Assembly (NCBI GenBank): GCA_965223795.1
Contig: CBDCXL010000002.1
Span: 864,001 to 928,000 of the forward strand
DNA length: 64,000 nucleotides
Source of the DNA: Nitrospinales bacterium
GTDB lineage: Bacteria > Nitrospinota > Nitrospinia > Nitrospinales > VA-1
Direction of reading: 5' to 3'
Shown: positions 11,036 through 20,554 of the stretch, in pieces
Layout of the letters: each line of letters starts with the position of its first letter
Numbering within the stretch: the first letter of the stretch is position 1
Notes under the pieces: generated by a model
What the model was told of the DNA's origin: nothing
The model's input: the letters and a program-made list of their open reading frames with translations, nothing else
Database searches by the model: none
Made by a program: the position numbers and the translations under genes

Positions 11036-12252
11036 AAACGCTCTCGTCCCTGAGTTCTCAGGGGCTCGCCACCGTTTATGTCGCCGGGGCATCGCTTCTG
11101 CTCACGCTTTTTCTGGCGCGTCAGTTCGGTCCGGACACATTCGGCAGGTACAGCTATATCGTCACGGTCGCTTCCTTGTGGGCCATTTTACAGGATGGTG
11201 GTTTTCGCATTCTGTTGTTTCGCGAGGGCACGCAATCGTCTCAGCCGATCCCGAAAGAAAAGCAGTTTCCCATGGCGTTCGGGCATCTTGTGTGGGTGAC
11301 GCTGGCCGGATTGACGCTCACCTTCGTCTGGCCCATGCAGGATTCACGGGCTCTTTCGCTTGCCGTTGTGGCCTTCGGCCTGGGCACGCTCGGGAATTTC
11401 ATTTCCGGACATCTGAAGGGAGAGGGCCGCTTCCATCATGAGGCGGTCTGGAGGGTGCTGTACCGCTCCGGGTCGATCGCGGGCATTGTCTGCCTGCTGT
11501 CCGTTTTTTCAGCCGAACCGCACTGGGTTTTTCTGGGCTGGATCATGGGGTACGCGTTGTGTCTCTTGCTGCAACGCTATTATCCGCTCATGCACCTGCG
11601 CTGGGCCAAGCCGGAAATCCGGATTTACAAATCGATCGCCGCGCTTTTGGTCATCGACATCGCCACACTGATCTATTTTAAAATCGACATCGTGATGCTG
11701 CGGCACCTGATGGACGAGATGAATCCGGTCGGCTACTACGCCGCGGCGTCGCGCCTGCTGGAAGGCGTGTTGTTTCTTCTGTTTCCACTGGCAAATGTGT
11801 ATTTCCGCAACCTGCGTCTGATGGCGAACGAACCGGCGCGTTTTTTCACCCTGCTTTACAAATTGATATACGCCTCGGTGGCGACCGCAGCGGTCCTGGT
11901 CGTTCTGGGCCTGATTTATGGAGAACCGCTTTTCGTCCTCGGCTTCGGCGATCCTTTCCGCGAAGGGACCGGACTGCTGCACTGGCTGCTGTTTTCTCTA
12001 TTGTTCATGGTGCCCAACTTGATTTTAACTCAGGCGGCGCTGGCCATCGAAAAAGACACCCACTATGCTCTGGGAGCCGTCCTCGCCGCACTGATAAATG
12101 TGGCTCTCAACGTTTTTCTCATACCCCAATACGGCGCAAAGGGAGCGGCCGTGAGCACCCTGATCACGGAAGGGCTGCTCCTTTGCTACATTGCGGCGGG
12201 ACTTCATTCCTGGAGGGTCCGGCAAGCCCATGCAAACGGAGAATCGATTTAA
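11032..12252 (+). CDS. Second Wzx-like flippase / polysaccharide biosynthesis protein
   Basis: ATG at 11032 overlaps the upstream stop (ATGA); LARQFGPDTFGRY, KIDIVML, VGYYAAA, IPQYGAKGAA motifs. Confidence 0.88.
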   Translation: MKTLSSLSSQGLATVYVAGASLLLTLFLARQFGPDTFGRYSYIVTVASLWAILQDGGFRILLFREGTQSSQPIPKEKQFPMAFGHLVWVTLAGLTLTFVWPMQDSRALSLAVVAFGLGTLGNFISGHLKGEGRFHHEAVWRVLYRSGSIAGIVCLLSVFSAEPHWVFLGWIMGYALCLLLQRYYPLMHLRWAKPEIRIYKSIAALLVIDIATLIYFKIDIVMLRHLMDEMNPVGYYAAASRLLEGVLFLLFPLANVYFRNLRLMANEPARFFTLLYKLIYASVATAAVLVVLGLIYGEPLFVLGFGDPFREGTGLLHWLLFSLLFMVPNLILTQAALAIEKDTHYALGAVLAALINVALNVFLIPQYGAKGAAVSTLITEGLLLCYIAAGLHSWRVRQAHANGESI

Positions 12253-13324
12253 CGCGCTGGTTCTGCACGATGCCTTCGCCTTCAAAGGCGGCGGCGAGCG
12301 CGTCGCCCTCACGCTTTGCGAAGGCCTCGGCTGCGATCTGGCGTTCGGCGAGCATCGGGCGGACAGCTTCGATGTTTCCTGCATTCCGGGAAAGTGTATC
12401 GATCTGAAAGCTGTTTCACGCATTCCGGTGTGGCGCACGCTCAAACGGTTCCGGGCGTTCGGCGCGAAAACAGGATTCCTGAAACAATACGACAACGTGA
12501 TTTACAGCGGCCAGAACGCACCGTTGGCGGTTTTCAACCACCGCTTGGGCAAAAACATCTATTACTGCCACACCCCGCCCCGCTCCCTGTACGATTTGAA
12601 AGAATACCGGCTGCGCGGTTTGTCCACAGGGAGCCGGTGCGTGCACAATGCGTACAACTATTTATTCCGCCCGGTCTATGAAGCTTCTCTGCGCCGGATG
12701 GACGTGATCGTGGCCAATTCCGAAACCGTAAAAAAAAGAATTCAGCGCTATCTGGGTCTGGCATCGCAGGTCGTGCATCCGCCTTGCGACACGCAACACT
12801 ATGCATGGCAGGGTCAGGGGGATTACTACCTGTCGACGGCAAGACTGGATCCGCTGAAGCGCGTGGACCGCATCGTGCAGGCGTTTCTTTCCATGCCGGA
12901 CAAACGGCTCATCGTCGCCTCCACCGGACCGCAAGCGGCGGATCTTAAAAAGCTGGCCGCGGACGCAGCCAACATCACGTTCACCGGTTCTGTGGATGAA
13001 GCGGAATGGTCGCGACTGATGGGCCGGGCGATCGCCACGATCTACGCTCCCAAGGAGGAAGATTTCGGCCTCTCGCCGGTGGAATCGATGGCGGCGGGAA
13101 AACCGGTTCTCGGTGTGGCGGAAGGGGGCTTGATGGAAACGGTAGTCCCGGACGAAACCGGGGTGCTCCTGCGGCCGGATCCCAGGCCGGAGGATATCGC
13201 GGATGCGGTTCGCAAAATGACGGCGCAACGCGCGCGCGCGATGCGCGCCACCTGTGAGGAGCGCGCGCAGCGATTCAGCAAGGAAGTCTTTCTGGAAAAA
13301 ATGACAGCGATTCTTGCGGCATGA
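12230..13324 (+). CDS. Glycosyltransferase family 4 (GT-B)
   Basis: GGGERV, YYCHTPPR, EEDFGLSPVESMAAGKPV; start taken at ATG 12230. Confidence 0.92.
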   Translation: MQTENRFNALVLHDAFAFKGGGERVALTLCEGLGCDLAFGEHRADSFDVSCIPGKCIDLKAVSRIPVWRTLKRFRAFGAKTGFLKQYDNVIYSGQNAPLAVFNHRLGKNIYYCHTPPRSLYDLKEYRLRGLSTGSRCVHNAYNYLFRPVYEASLRRMDVIVANSETVKKRIQRYLGLASQVVHPPCDTQHYAWQGQGDYYLSTARLDPLKRVDRIVQAFLSMPDKRLIVASTGPQAADLKKLAADAANITFTGSVDEAEWSRLMGRAIATIYAPKEEDFGLSPVESMAAGKPVLGVAEGGLMETVVPDETGVLLRPDPRPEDIADAVRKMTAQRARAMRATCEERAQRFSKEVFLEKMTAILAA

Positions 13325-13366
13325 AACCGGCCCGGCGATCGCAATGCGTGCCGGAAGCGCGGTGCG

Positions 13367-13441
13367 CTACATTTTAAATATCATCAATAAAAATCCAAAA
13401 AAGATGCTGAGTGCCACCATCCAGGACATGATCTTGAGCAT
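13367..13441 (-). CDS. Candidate 24-aa hydrophobic peptide MLKIMSWMVALSIFFGFLLMIFKM
   Basis: Read manually; ATG..TAG; one TM-like stretch; GGGTGG upstream. Confidence 0.4.
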   Translation of the reverse strand: MLKIMSWMVALSIFFGFLLMIFKM

Positions 13442-13602
13442 GAATTCAACCCACCCGTATCGGCTTGCTGTGTGCGGGAAACCTGTTTTTAAAGAAACCG
13501 CATTATAGCAAAAACCGCTTTTGAACGCAGTCATCCCTGATAAATCGGGCTTGAATCTTGATTGCAGGTAGATGGAAGCTTGCGGGATTTTCGCAGAACG
13601 GT

Positions 13603-14208
13603 TTACGGGCGTGTGTCCGTCTCCAGGGATTGGAGGATGGCCTCGATGACCTTGCCGTACCGGGTTTCGGGAGGATTGCCGGATTGCCTGTCCTTCGCAT
13701 CGCGAAAATAATAACGGTGCCCGGAGACTTCGAGAATGTTCCCGTTGGCAAGCGGCAACAGGTAGTAATGCGCCTGATCGCCATAGGGACCGGGAAATCC
13801 CGGGAGCCGGTAGGCGGTGTGTCCACCCAGAGTGATGCGGTACGGTTCACGCAGAAACTGCCGGCCGGTGAATTCGGCCCGCGTTCCGGATAGAACGTCC
13901 AGCCACAGTGCGGGGATTTCTCCGCCGGGGATCGCATCGCGGGGGTGATTCAGCAGTTGTCCGGGCTCCACCAGCACGATGGAATTTTTAAACGGCGGAT
14001 CGAAACCGCGTTCGATCATTTCGGCAGGATAGGATTCCCGTTTGAAAGCACCCACCACAAACCGTGCGGGATACTGAAACCGGATTCCCAATTTTTTATC
14101 GCTGTGGGTCTTGAGTGTTTCCTGCGCGGCGGCCGGATGCGTCAATGCAGACAAGCCGCACAGGATTGCAAGAACGGCGAGCGCGAAGCTTGAACTAATT
14201 CTGGACAT
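13603..14208 (-). CDS. Exported hypothetical protein
   Basis: Signal peptide ending AAA|Q; start estimated at MSRISSS, just after the GGDEF gene. Confidence 0.7.
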   Translation of the reverse strand: MSRISSSFALAVLAILCGLSALTHPAAAQETLKTHSDKKLGIRFQYPARFVVGAFKRESYPAEMIERGFDPPFKNSIVLVEPGQLLNHPRDAIPGGEIPALWLDVLSGTRAEFTGRQFLREPYRITLGGHTAYRLPGFPGPYGDQAHYYLLPLANGNILEVSGHRYYFRDAKDRQSGNPPETRYGKVIEAILQSLETDTRP

Positions 14209-14219
14209 TCCAGAACGCA

Positions 14220-15203
14220 TCATTGCATCGGGGAAGCCAGATCCGGTTTGGGTGTGGAGGTGTGGGAGACCACTTTTCCTTTGCCCTGATCCTTGGCCTT
14301 GTACAGGCAATCGTCCGCCCGCTTGATCAACGTGCTCAAATCCATTCCAACCTGATCGTACACGCAGACACCGAAGCTCATGCCGACCGTGATTCTTTCG
14401 GAACCGTACTGAAAAGGCTGGCTTGCGATTTTGTTTCTGATTTTTTCCGCGATCGTGTGCGTTCCCTGCAAATCGGTGTCGGGAAGCAGAACCATGAATT
14501 CGTCTCCGCCCCAGCGGGACACCAGGTCGGTGCGTCGGCAGCAGAATTTGAAGATCTTTGCGATCTGGATCAGGATCTTGTCACCGGCATCGTGCCCCAT
14601 GCGGTCGTTGATCCGCTTTAAGCTGTCCATGTCCGCCAGAATGATGCCGAAGGGTTTTTCGCTTCTCTTGTAGCGGAGTTTTTCAAACTCCAGCTTTTCG
14701 CTCATGCCGCGCCGGTTCGGGAGTTCGGTGAGCGGGTCGGTCTGTGCGATCCATTCGAATTTTTCCTTCAGTTCGCGCAGCTCCTTCACCTGCCGCTCCA
14801 GGCTTTCGCGCGTGACTTTCAGGACGCTTTCATCACGCTTGAACCCGTAGCATAAAATTGCCGTCACCCAGATCGCCATCACCGCCATGAAGCGGTGGAA
14901 CAGGCAGGTCAACAAATCTCCCACGACGGGCTGGTTTAGAAAACCCAGAATGGTGAGCAACGTGGCTCCGAGAGCGGCGATGGGTATGTAATGCCGGTGC
15001 GGAAGCCACAATCCCATCAACACCAGACCGATGTAGGGAACCGCGACCGCCACCTCGGAAGGCACGGTGAAATCCCTGGCAAGAATGACCGCCGCCCACA
15101 AAAGGGACACCAGAATGAGGCGTCCGTTGACGATTTTGCTGTTGGATTCCGGATCTTCATATGCGGGCGTCTGCGGCGAGAGCACCCCGTCTTGAATCGT
15201 CAT
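14220..15203 (-). CDS. Membrane-bound diguanylate cyclase (GGDEF)
   Basis: Four TM segments, coiled coil, DPLTELPNRR, RxxD I-site (RRTD), RWGGDEF; start estimated. Confidence 0.93.
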   Translation of the reverse strand: MTIQDGVLSPQTPAYEDPESNSKIVNGRLILVSLLWAAVILARDFTVPSEVAVAVPYIGLVLMGLWLPHRHYIPIAALGATLLTILGFLNQPVVGDLLTCLFHRFMAVMAIWVTAILCYGFKRDESVLKVTRESLERQVKELRELKEKFEWIAQTDPLTELPNRRGMSEKLEFEKLRYKRSEKPFGIILADMDSLKRINDRMGHDAGDKILIQIAKIFKFCCRRTDLVSRWGGDEFMVLLPDTDLQGTHTIAEKIRNKIASQPFQYGSERITVGMSFGVCVYDQVGMDLSTLIKRADDCLYKAKDQGKGKVVSHTSTPKPDLASPMQ

Positions 15204-16027
15204 CGTTTCTGCGTCTTTCGATCGTTGTTGAGTATTCGAATCCGGCCGTGGCCGGATGGTGGCAAAATAATGTCCCTCTCCTGAATGCGGCCTGCGAAAC
15301 GGTCCATATAGAGCCAAGAATGGACCGGAACGGCTCCCGATCAGGGTGATTTTGTCTGGCTGACAGATTTACCCTCAGAATACGGCCTGACCCAAATAAG
15401 TTCAATGAAAATAAATATTTACGATAAAAACGCGTTCCGATAACCGTTCCTTTTCCGGGCACTAATTCCGGTTTTTCAAGCTATTTTGCGGTGCCTTTTC
15501 CGGCCGGCTAAGACAGGAAAATTTTTCAACCCTGCCGAGAGTTTTCGCTTCGATTCCCGTTGCGGCTGAACCGGGCTGTCAGAAGACGCCAACCACGTTC
15601 CCGGGACGATCGACAGGGATCATTCACCGAGGCCGCTGCATGTGCTGGGGAATTTAAGTTCACGAAACCACCTGGCGTGTTGGAAGTTTTTACCAACATG
15701 CAACCGTCCATCCACCGGGCGCGGCGCTTTCCATAAAACTTCGGTGGTAAAGGTAAATCGCGAAGCGCAAAACTCGCTGGGAACAAAGAAATTCCGCCTG
15801 AGACTTAAGCCACATTAAATTTTTAAACGCGCGTCTTGGCTTCAAACGGACTGGCGAGTACAATTGAAGAACAGGAGATAAACCACCAAGGATACTTCCA
15901 CGGAATTGCACGCTGCTTGCAATGGGCCGCATCCTACGAGCTCCCCTCGATCGACCTGAGATTGAGTGATCATATACTGATATTTCCTTTTTCATTTTTC
16001 GCAACAACTCATACTCCGTATCTCTTC

Positions 16028-17065
16028 ATGAGCAAGTTACCGGCGATTCAGTTTTATCCGGGTGATTGGAGAAAAGATCCTGGTGTGCAGGCACTCGATT
16101 ACTATGAACGCGGTGTCTGGTTTGAAATTCTCTGCATCCTGTGGGAGTCCGAACAGCGCGGCAAGCTGCTCCTCAATGGAAAAAAAATGCCGATCGAGGG
16201 GCTGGCCCGTCTGCTGGGCCTGGAAACGGAAAAATGCAAACAGATCCTCACCAAACTGGTGGATTACGGGGTGGCCAAAATCGAGCCGGAAACCGGGATC
16301 ATCTACAACGCGCGCATGGTCCGCGACGAAGCGATCCGCAGGAAGAGAAAGGAAGCCGGCAAGAAAGGAGGCAATCCCAATTTGCTTAAGCAAAAATCAA
16401 CCAAAACGAACAGCGAACCCGCACAGATGGATTTGCTGGATCCAACCCCTACATCTTCACTTTCATCTTCATCTTCAACTTCAAACGAAGAGGAGGACAA
16501 ACCATTCGCAAAATTTTTCGCGCTCGCAAAAAAATCGCATGAAGCCATCCGCTCCTCCCCGCTGGTGATCGATTCGAAAAAAGACAAACAGCGCGTGCAG
16601 GAGTTGCTGGAGTCGGTCGGCGACTTCGAGCAGTTGATGCAGGCCTGGCTGCTGTTTCTGAAATCGAACGATCCCTACCTGATCCGCGGGAATAAACCGA
16701 GAAACATCGCGGTGTTCCGGGGACAGGTGAGCAATTATCTGGAACCGGCCGCGAAATCCCTGAAGGCCGGAAAGCCACCACCTGCAGACCCCGCGCTGGT
16801 GAAGCCGGACCTCGACAACTCCGAAGCCCGGCAATGGGGACGGGTGTTGAAAACCATCGAAACCGAAATCCTGCCGGAAAATTTTCACACCTGGATCGAT
16901 CCGTTGCGCTTCGGCGGCGTCCACAAGGACATCGCCGTGATCTACTGCCCCGGTAAATCGTTCGAAAAAACCGTGGAGGAAAATTTCTCGGAACTCATCG
17001 AGCAGCGGCTCTCAGCCGCGTTTGAAAAGCCGCTCAAGGTGCAGTTTCTCACCGACAGCGGATGA
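16028..17065 (+). CDS. Phage-type replication-initiator-like protein with C-terminal DnaA domain I-like region
   Basis: N-terminus LPAIQFYPGDW..ERGVWFEILC..W resembles YdaU/DUF1376-type phage proteins; GKKGGNP; Ser-rich linker; C-terminus W..VL..IE......F.TWI.PL resembles DnaA_N. Confidence 0.7.
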   Translation: MSKLPAIQFYPGDWRKDPGVQALDYYERGVWFEILCILWESEQRGKLLLNGKKMPIEGLARLLGLETEKCKQILTKLVDYGVAKIEPETGIIYNARMVRDEAIRRKRKEAGKKGGNPNLLKQKSTKTNSEPAQMDLLDPTPTSSLSSSSSTSNEEEDKPFAKFFALAKKSHEAIRSSPLVIDSKKDKQRVQELLESVGDFEQLMQAWLLFLKSNDPYLIRGNKPRNIAVFRGQVSNYLEPAAKSLKAGKPPPADPALVKPDLDNSEARQWGRVLKTIETEILPENFHTWIDPLRFGGVHKDIAVIYCPGKSFEKTVEENFSELIEQRLSAAFEKPLKVQFLTDSG

Positions 17066-17094
17066 CCGGACAAGCGTCGTCTTCGGAGATCCGC

Positions 17095-17282
17095 ACTCCG
17101 GCTTCTTCGTGATCCCCGAACCTCTTCGGCGAGCCCATTCTCCACCTTGTCCTCATCCTCATCCCCCCACCGCGGCGGCCCACGCGGAAACGCCGTACTC
17201 CAGGGCCAGGGTAATCACAAGCACCCAGACCTTCACCGAAGGGAAAATGAACCGCAAGCGGATGCAATGGCACCTCAAACAT
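17095..17282 (-). pseudogene. Degraded DUF2231-like membrane protein gene
   Basis: AGGAGG then MFEVPLHPLAVHFP; further family-like segments (VWVLVITLAL..AWAAA, EDEDKVE, HEEAG) fall in shifting frames. Confidence 0.6.
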
Positions 17283-17631
17283 GATATCCTCCTTTGAAAC
17301 AATATTTTGCCCCGGTTTGACCGCAGGCCCAATGCGGCTCCATCCAGACTGAGAATGCGGATGGAACCGTGTGCCCGTCGATATTTCTTTATGGAACGAC
17401 CGCGGTGTCAAAAATCCGGCAAAGGCGCAAACCGGTAGGGAGTCCGCTTTTTTAAATTCAATTTTATTTACCGAAATTCATATTAATTTCCATGCGTGAA
17501 CAAACCCGTCCCAACCGTTGGGATGAAAAACCAAGAGGCATCCATTTTGCTTACTTTTCAGGAAGGGTTCTGCCAGGGACGATATTAATGATCACGCCGG
17601 ATTTGCCTCTCCGCGGTCCGATTTGCCAGAC

Positions 17632-18231
17632 ATGAACGCGATCGCCTGTCACGACTGCGACCTTTTACAGAAAAGAGTGTCCCTGCGGTATGGCGAGGCC
17701 GCCCGCTGCATGCGCTGCGGCGCGGCGTTGTACCGGAACCTGCGGCACAGCCTCGACAAGACCCTGATGTTCACGCTGGCGGGTCTGATTTTTTTTGTGC
17801 TGGCCAATGCATTCCCTTTCATGACATTCGAAATGGAAGGGCGCACGCAGCAGAACACACTGATCTCGGGCGTGCGGGAACTGTTCGAACACGGCATGAT
17901 GGGGCTTTCGTTTCTGGTGCTCGGCACCAGCGTGCTCCTGCCGCTGCTCAAACTGACCGGCATGGCCTGGATCCTGCTTCCGCTTCGGCTCGGACGCAGG
18001 CCCTGGAAGCTTGCCGCCGTGTTTCGCCTGGTGCAGTCGCTGCATCCCTGGGCGATGATGGAGGTGTACATGCTGGGCGTGCTGGTGGCGTACGTCAAAC
18101 TGTCGGATCTCGCCACCATCATTCCCGGCATCGCGCTGTATTCGTTCGCAACGCTCATCTTGCTCACCGCGGCGGCGGACGCGACCTGGGAGCCGGACAG
18201 CGTGTGGGAACGGCTGGAAAAAATTCGATGA
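17632..18231 (+). CDS. pqiA: Paraquat-inducible protein A (first half-gene)
   Basis: CHDCDLL..CMRCGAAL, ANAFPFM, PWAMMEVY. Confidence 0.9.
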   Translation: MNAIACHDCDLLQKRVSLRYGEAARCMRCGAALYRNLRHSLDKTLMFTLAGLIFFVLANAFPFMTFEMEGRTQQNTLISGVRELFEHGMMGLSFLVLGTSVLLPLLKLTGMAWILLPLRLGRRPWKLAAVFRLVQSLHPWAMMEVYMLGVLVAYVKLSDLATIIPGIALYSFATLILLTAAADATWEPDSVWERLEKIR

Positions 18232-18863
18232 GGATGCCGATGAAAACCGCGATCGCCGCCTCGCTCATCGGCTGCCCTGTGTGCGGCCAGCTGAGCCGCT
18301 CCAGCCGCAAAACGCGGGTAAAGGTGCTGTGCCCGCGCTGCGGCGCGGCGCTGCATGCGCGCAAACCGAACAGCGTCGCACGCACCTGGGCTCTGCTTGT
18401 CACGGCGCTGATCTTTTACATCCCGGCCAACACGCTGCCGGTGATGACGGTGATCTCGTTCGGCAAGGGCGAGCCGGACACGATTTTGAGCGGCGTGGTG
18501 ACGCTGATCGAGGGAGAGATGTGGGCGCTGGCGCTGCTGGTCTTTTTCGCCAGCTTCGTGGTGCCGCTGATGAAGATCCTGGGTCTCGCATTTCTGTTGA
18601 TCTCGGTGCAGCGGCGGTCCCGCTGGCGGCCGCGCGACCGCACCCGGCTGTACCGCATCGTGGATGCGGTGGGCCGCTGGTCGATGCTGGACGTGTTCAT
18701 GGTTTCCATTCTGATCGCGCTGGTCAAGCTGGGGTCGCTCGCGACGATCGATCCGGGCGCCGGAGCCACGTTTTTCGCGGGCGTCGTTGTGGTCACCATG
18801 ATCGCGGCCATGACGTTCGACCCGCGTCTGATCTGGGACTCTGCAAGCAAGGCGAAACGATGA
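18228..18863 (+). CDS. pqiA: Paraquat-inducible protein A (second half-gene)
   Basis: CPVC..CPRCG, YIPANTLPVM, GRWSMLDVF, FDPRLIWD; ATGA overlap. Confidence 0.92.
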   Translation: MRMPMKTAIAASLIGCPVCGQLSRSSRKTRVKVLCPRCGAALHARKPNSVARTWALLVTALIFYIPANTLPVMTVISFGKGEPDTILSGVVTLIEGEMWALALLVFFASFVVPLMKILGLAFLLISVQRRSRWRPRDRTRLYRIVDAVGRWSMLDVFMVSILIALVKLGSLATIDPGAGATFFAGVVVVTMIAAMTFDPRLIWDSASKAKR

Positions 18864-20554
18864 GCGAAGAATTCAGGGATGAAGAACTCAGCCGCTACGA
18901 CGATCCGGAGGACTTTCCCGAAGTCGAGGTGCAGGAAAAAAGCGGGATCTCCTTCGTCTGGCTGATCCCTGTCATTGCGGCCTGCATCGGCGGCTGGCTG
19001 GCGTACAAAACGGTCACGGAAAAAGGCCCGACGATCACGCTTGCGTTCAAAAACGGCGGCGGCCTGGAGGCGGGCAAGACCAAGATCAAGTACCGTGCAG
19101 TGGAAGTGGGTTTGGTGAAAACGGTCGATCTCAGCGAAGACCTGTCGCATGTGGTGGTGACGGCGGAGCTGCAGAAATCGGCGGAGCCGCATCTTAAGGA
19201 AGGGACGCAGTTCTGGCTGGTGCAGCCGCGCGTCAGCACCACCCAGATCAGCGGACTGGAAACGCTGGTTTCCGGCGTGTACATCGAGATGGAACCGGGC
19301 ATGGGGAAAACCAAGACCACGTTCACGGCTCTGGAAAATCCGCCTGTGGTGCGCAAGGACGCGCCGGGAATCAAGTATGTCCTCAAAGCCGAATCGCTGG
19401 GGTCGCTCAACAACGGATCGCCCATTTATTTTCGCGACATTCAGGTCGGCGAGGTGCTGGGCTACGAAATCACCGACGACGCGCACGGCGTCGATCTGCA
19501 TATCTTCATCGAAGCGCCTTATCACAAGCTGGTGCGCGCGGATTCGAAGTTCTGGAACATGAGCGGATTCGACGTGTCGGTCACCGCGGACGGTTTTCAG
19601 ATGCGCACCGATTCGCTGGCGTCATTGCTGGCGGGCGGGATCGCGTTTTTCACGCCCGGCAATCTGCCCGGCGGCGAACCTCCGGCGGAAGGGATGGTGT
19701 TTCCCCTGTACAGGAGTTACGAGGACACGGTGCACCAGTTCACCCGCAGCGTGGAACTCATCATGTATTTCGACGGCTCGGTGCGCGGGCTCAAAGTGGG
19801 CGCGCCCGTCGAGTTCCGCGGCATCCGGGTGGGACAGGTCAAGGACGTGCGCATGGAGTACAATGAAAAGACGCTGGACATCCGCATTCCGGTGCTGATC
19901 GAGCTGCAGCCGGAGCGGGTGAAGACCATCGGCAAACCTACGGACGACACCGTTCGCGACGTGGAGCGGTTGATACAGCGCGGGCTCAGGGCGCGGCTCA
20001 AGACCGGCAGCCTGCTGACCGGCCAGATGTTCATCGAGATGGACCTTCTGCCCAAGACGCCGCTGAAACTGGTGGGCAGCGACAGCGGCTACCCCGAAAT
20101 CCCCACCCTGCCCTCGACGTTCGACGAGATCACCAAGACGACCACCGAGATCATGCAGGATCTGAAAGACCTGCCGCTGGAAGAATTGATCAGCAGCCTG
20201 ATCCTCACAGCGAAAAGTGTGAAACGGATGACGGACTCGGTGGAGATCGAAGACACCATCGCTTCATTCAATCAATCGCTGGATAAGGTGCAGTCGTTTG
20301 TGGGCCAGCTCGACGGCATCGTGGGCCAGCTCGACGGCAAGGTGATCGAACCTCTGGCCGTGACGCTGGAAAAAGGCCAGGCGACGCTCACGGAAATCGA
20401 ATCGCTGGTGTCGGAGGACTCGCCGCTGCGCGTCGACCTCGCGCGCAGCCTGGAGGAGCTGTCGGGTGCGGCGCGTTCGATGCGCATCCTGGCGGATTAC
20501 CTGGAACGGCACCCGGAGGCGCTGGTGCACGGCAAGGCCGGGCCACGGAGATGA
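18860..20554 (+). CDS. pqiB: MCE-domain intermembrane transport protein PqiB
   Basis: VWLIP TM, three MCE-like domains, coiled-coil tail ending YLERHPEALVHGK; ATGA overlap. Confidence 0.93.
   Translation: MSEEFRDEELSRYDDPEDFPEVEVQEKSGISFVWLIPVIAACIGGWLAYKTVTEKGPTITLAFKNGGGLEAGKTKIKYRAVEVGLVKTVDLSEDLSHVVVTAELQKSAEPHLKEGTQFWLVQPRVSTTQISGLETLVSGVYIEMEPGMGKTKTTFTALENPPVVRKDAPGIKYVLKAESLGSLNNGSPIYFRDIQVGEVLGYEITDDAHGVDLHIFIEAPYHKLVRADSKFWNMSGFDVSVTADGFQMRTDSLASLLAGGIAFFTPGNLPGGEPPAEGMVFPLYRSYEDTVHQFTRSVELIMYFDGSVRGLKVGAPVEFRGIRVGQVKDVRMEYNEKTLDIRIPVLIELQPERVKTIGKPTDDTVRDVERLIQRGLRARLKTGSLLTGQMFIEMDLLPKTPLKLVGSDSGYPEIPTLPSTFDEITKTTTEIMQDLKDLPLEELISSLILTAKSVKRMTDSVEIEDTIASFNQSLDKVQSFVGQLDGIVGQLDGKVIEPLAVTLEKGQATLTEIESLVSEDSPLRVDLARSLEELSGAARSMRILADYLERHPEALVHGKAGPRR

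Noticed and set aside
15320..16027. Possible oriC or DnaA-box cluster upstream of the initiator-like gene
   Set aside because: No TTATCCACA-type boxes were found by eye
18281..18859. N-terminal extensions in the ORF track (18281 pqiB, 10870 flippase, 39326 M14, 49640 DUF362, 15836 initiator, 58322 gnd)
   Set aside because: They overlap upstream genes or intergenic DNA; downstream starts fit the family N-termini better
17632..18863. Split pqiA as a frameshifted pseudogene
   Set aside because: Both halves have their own Cys motifs and overlapping start/stop codons; two-gene pqiA is a known arrangement
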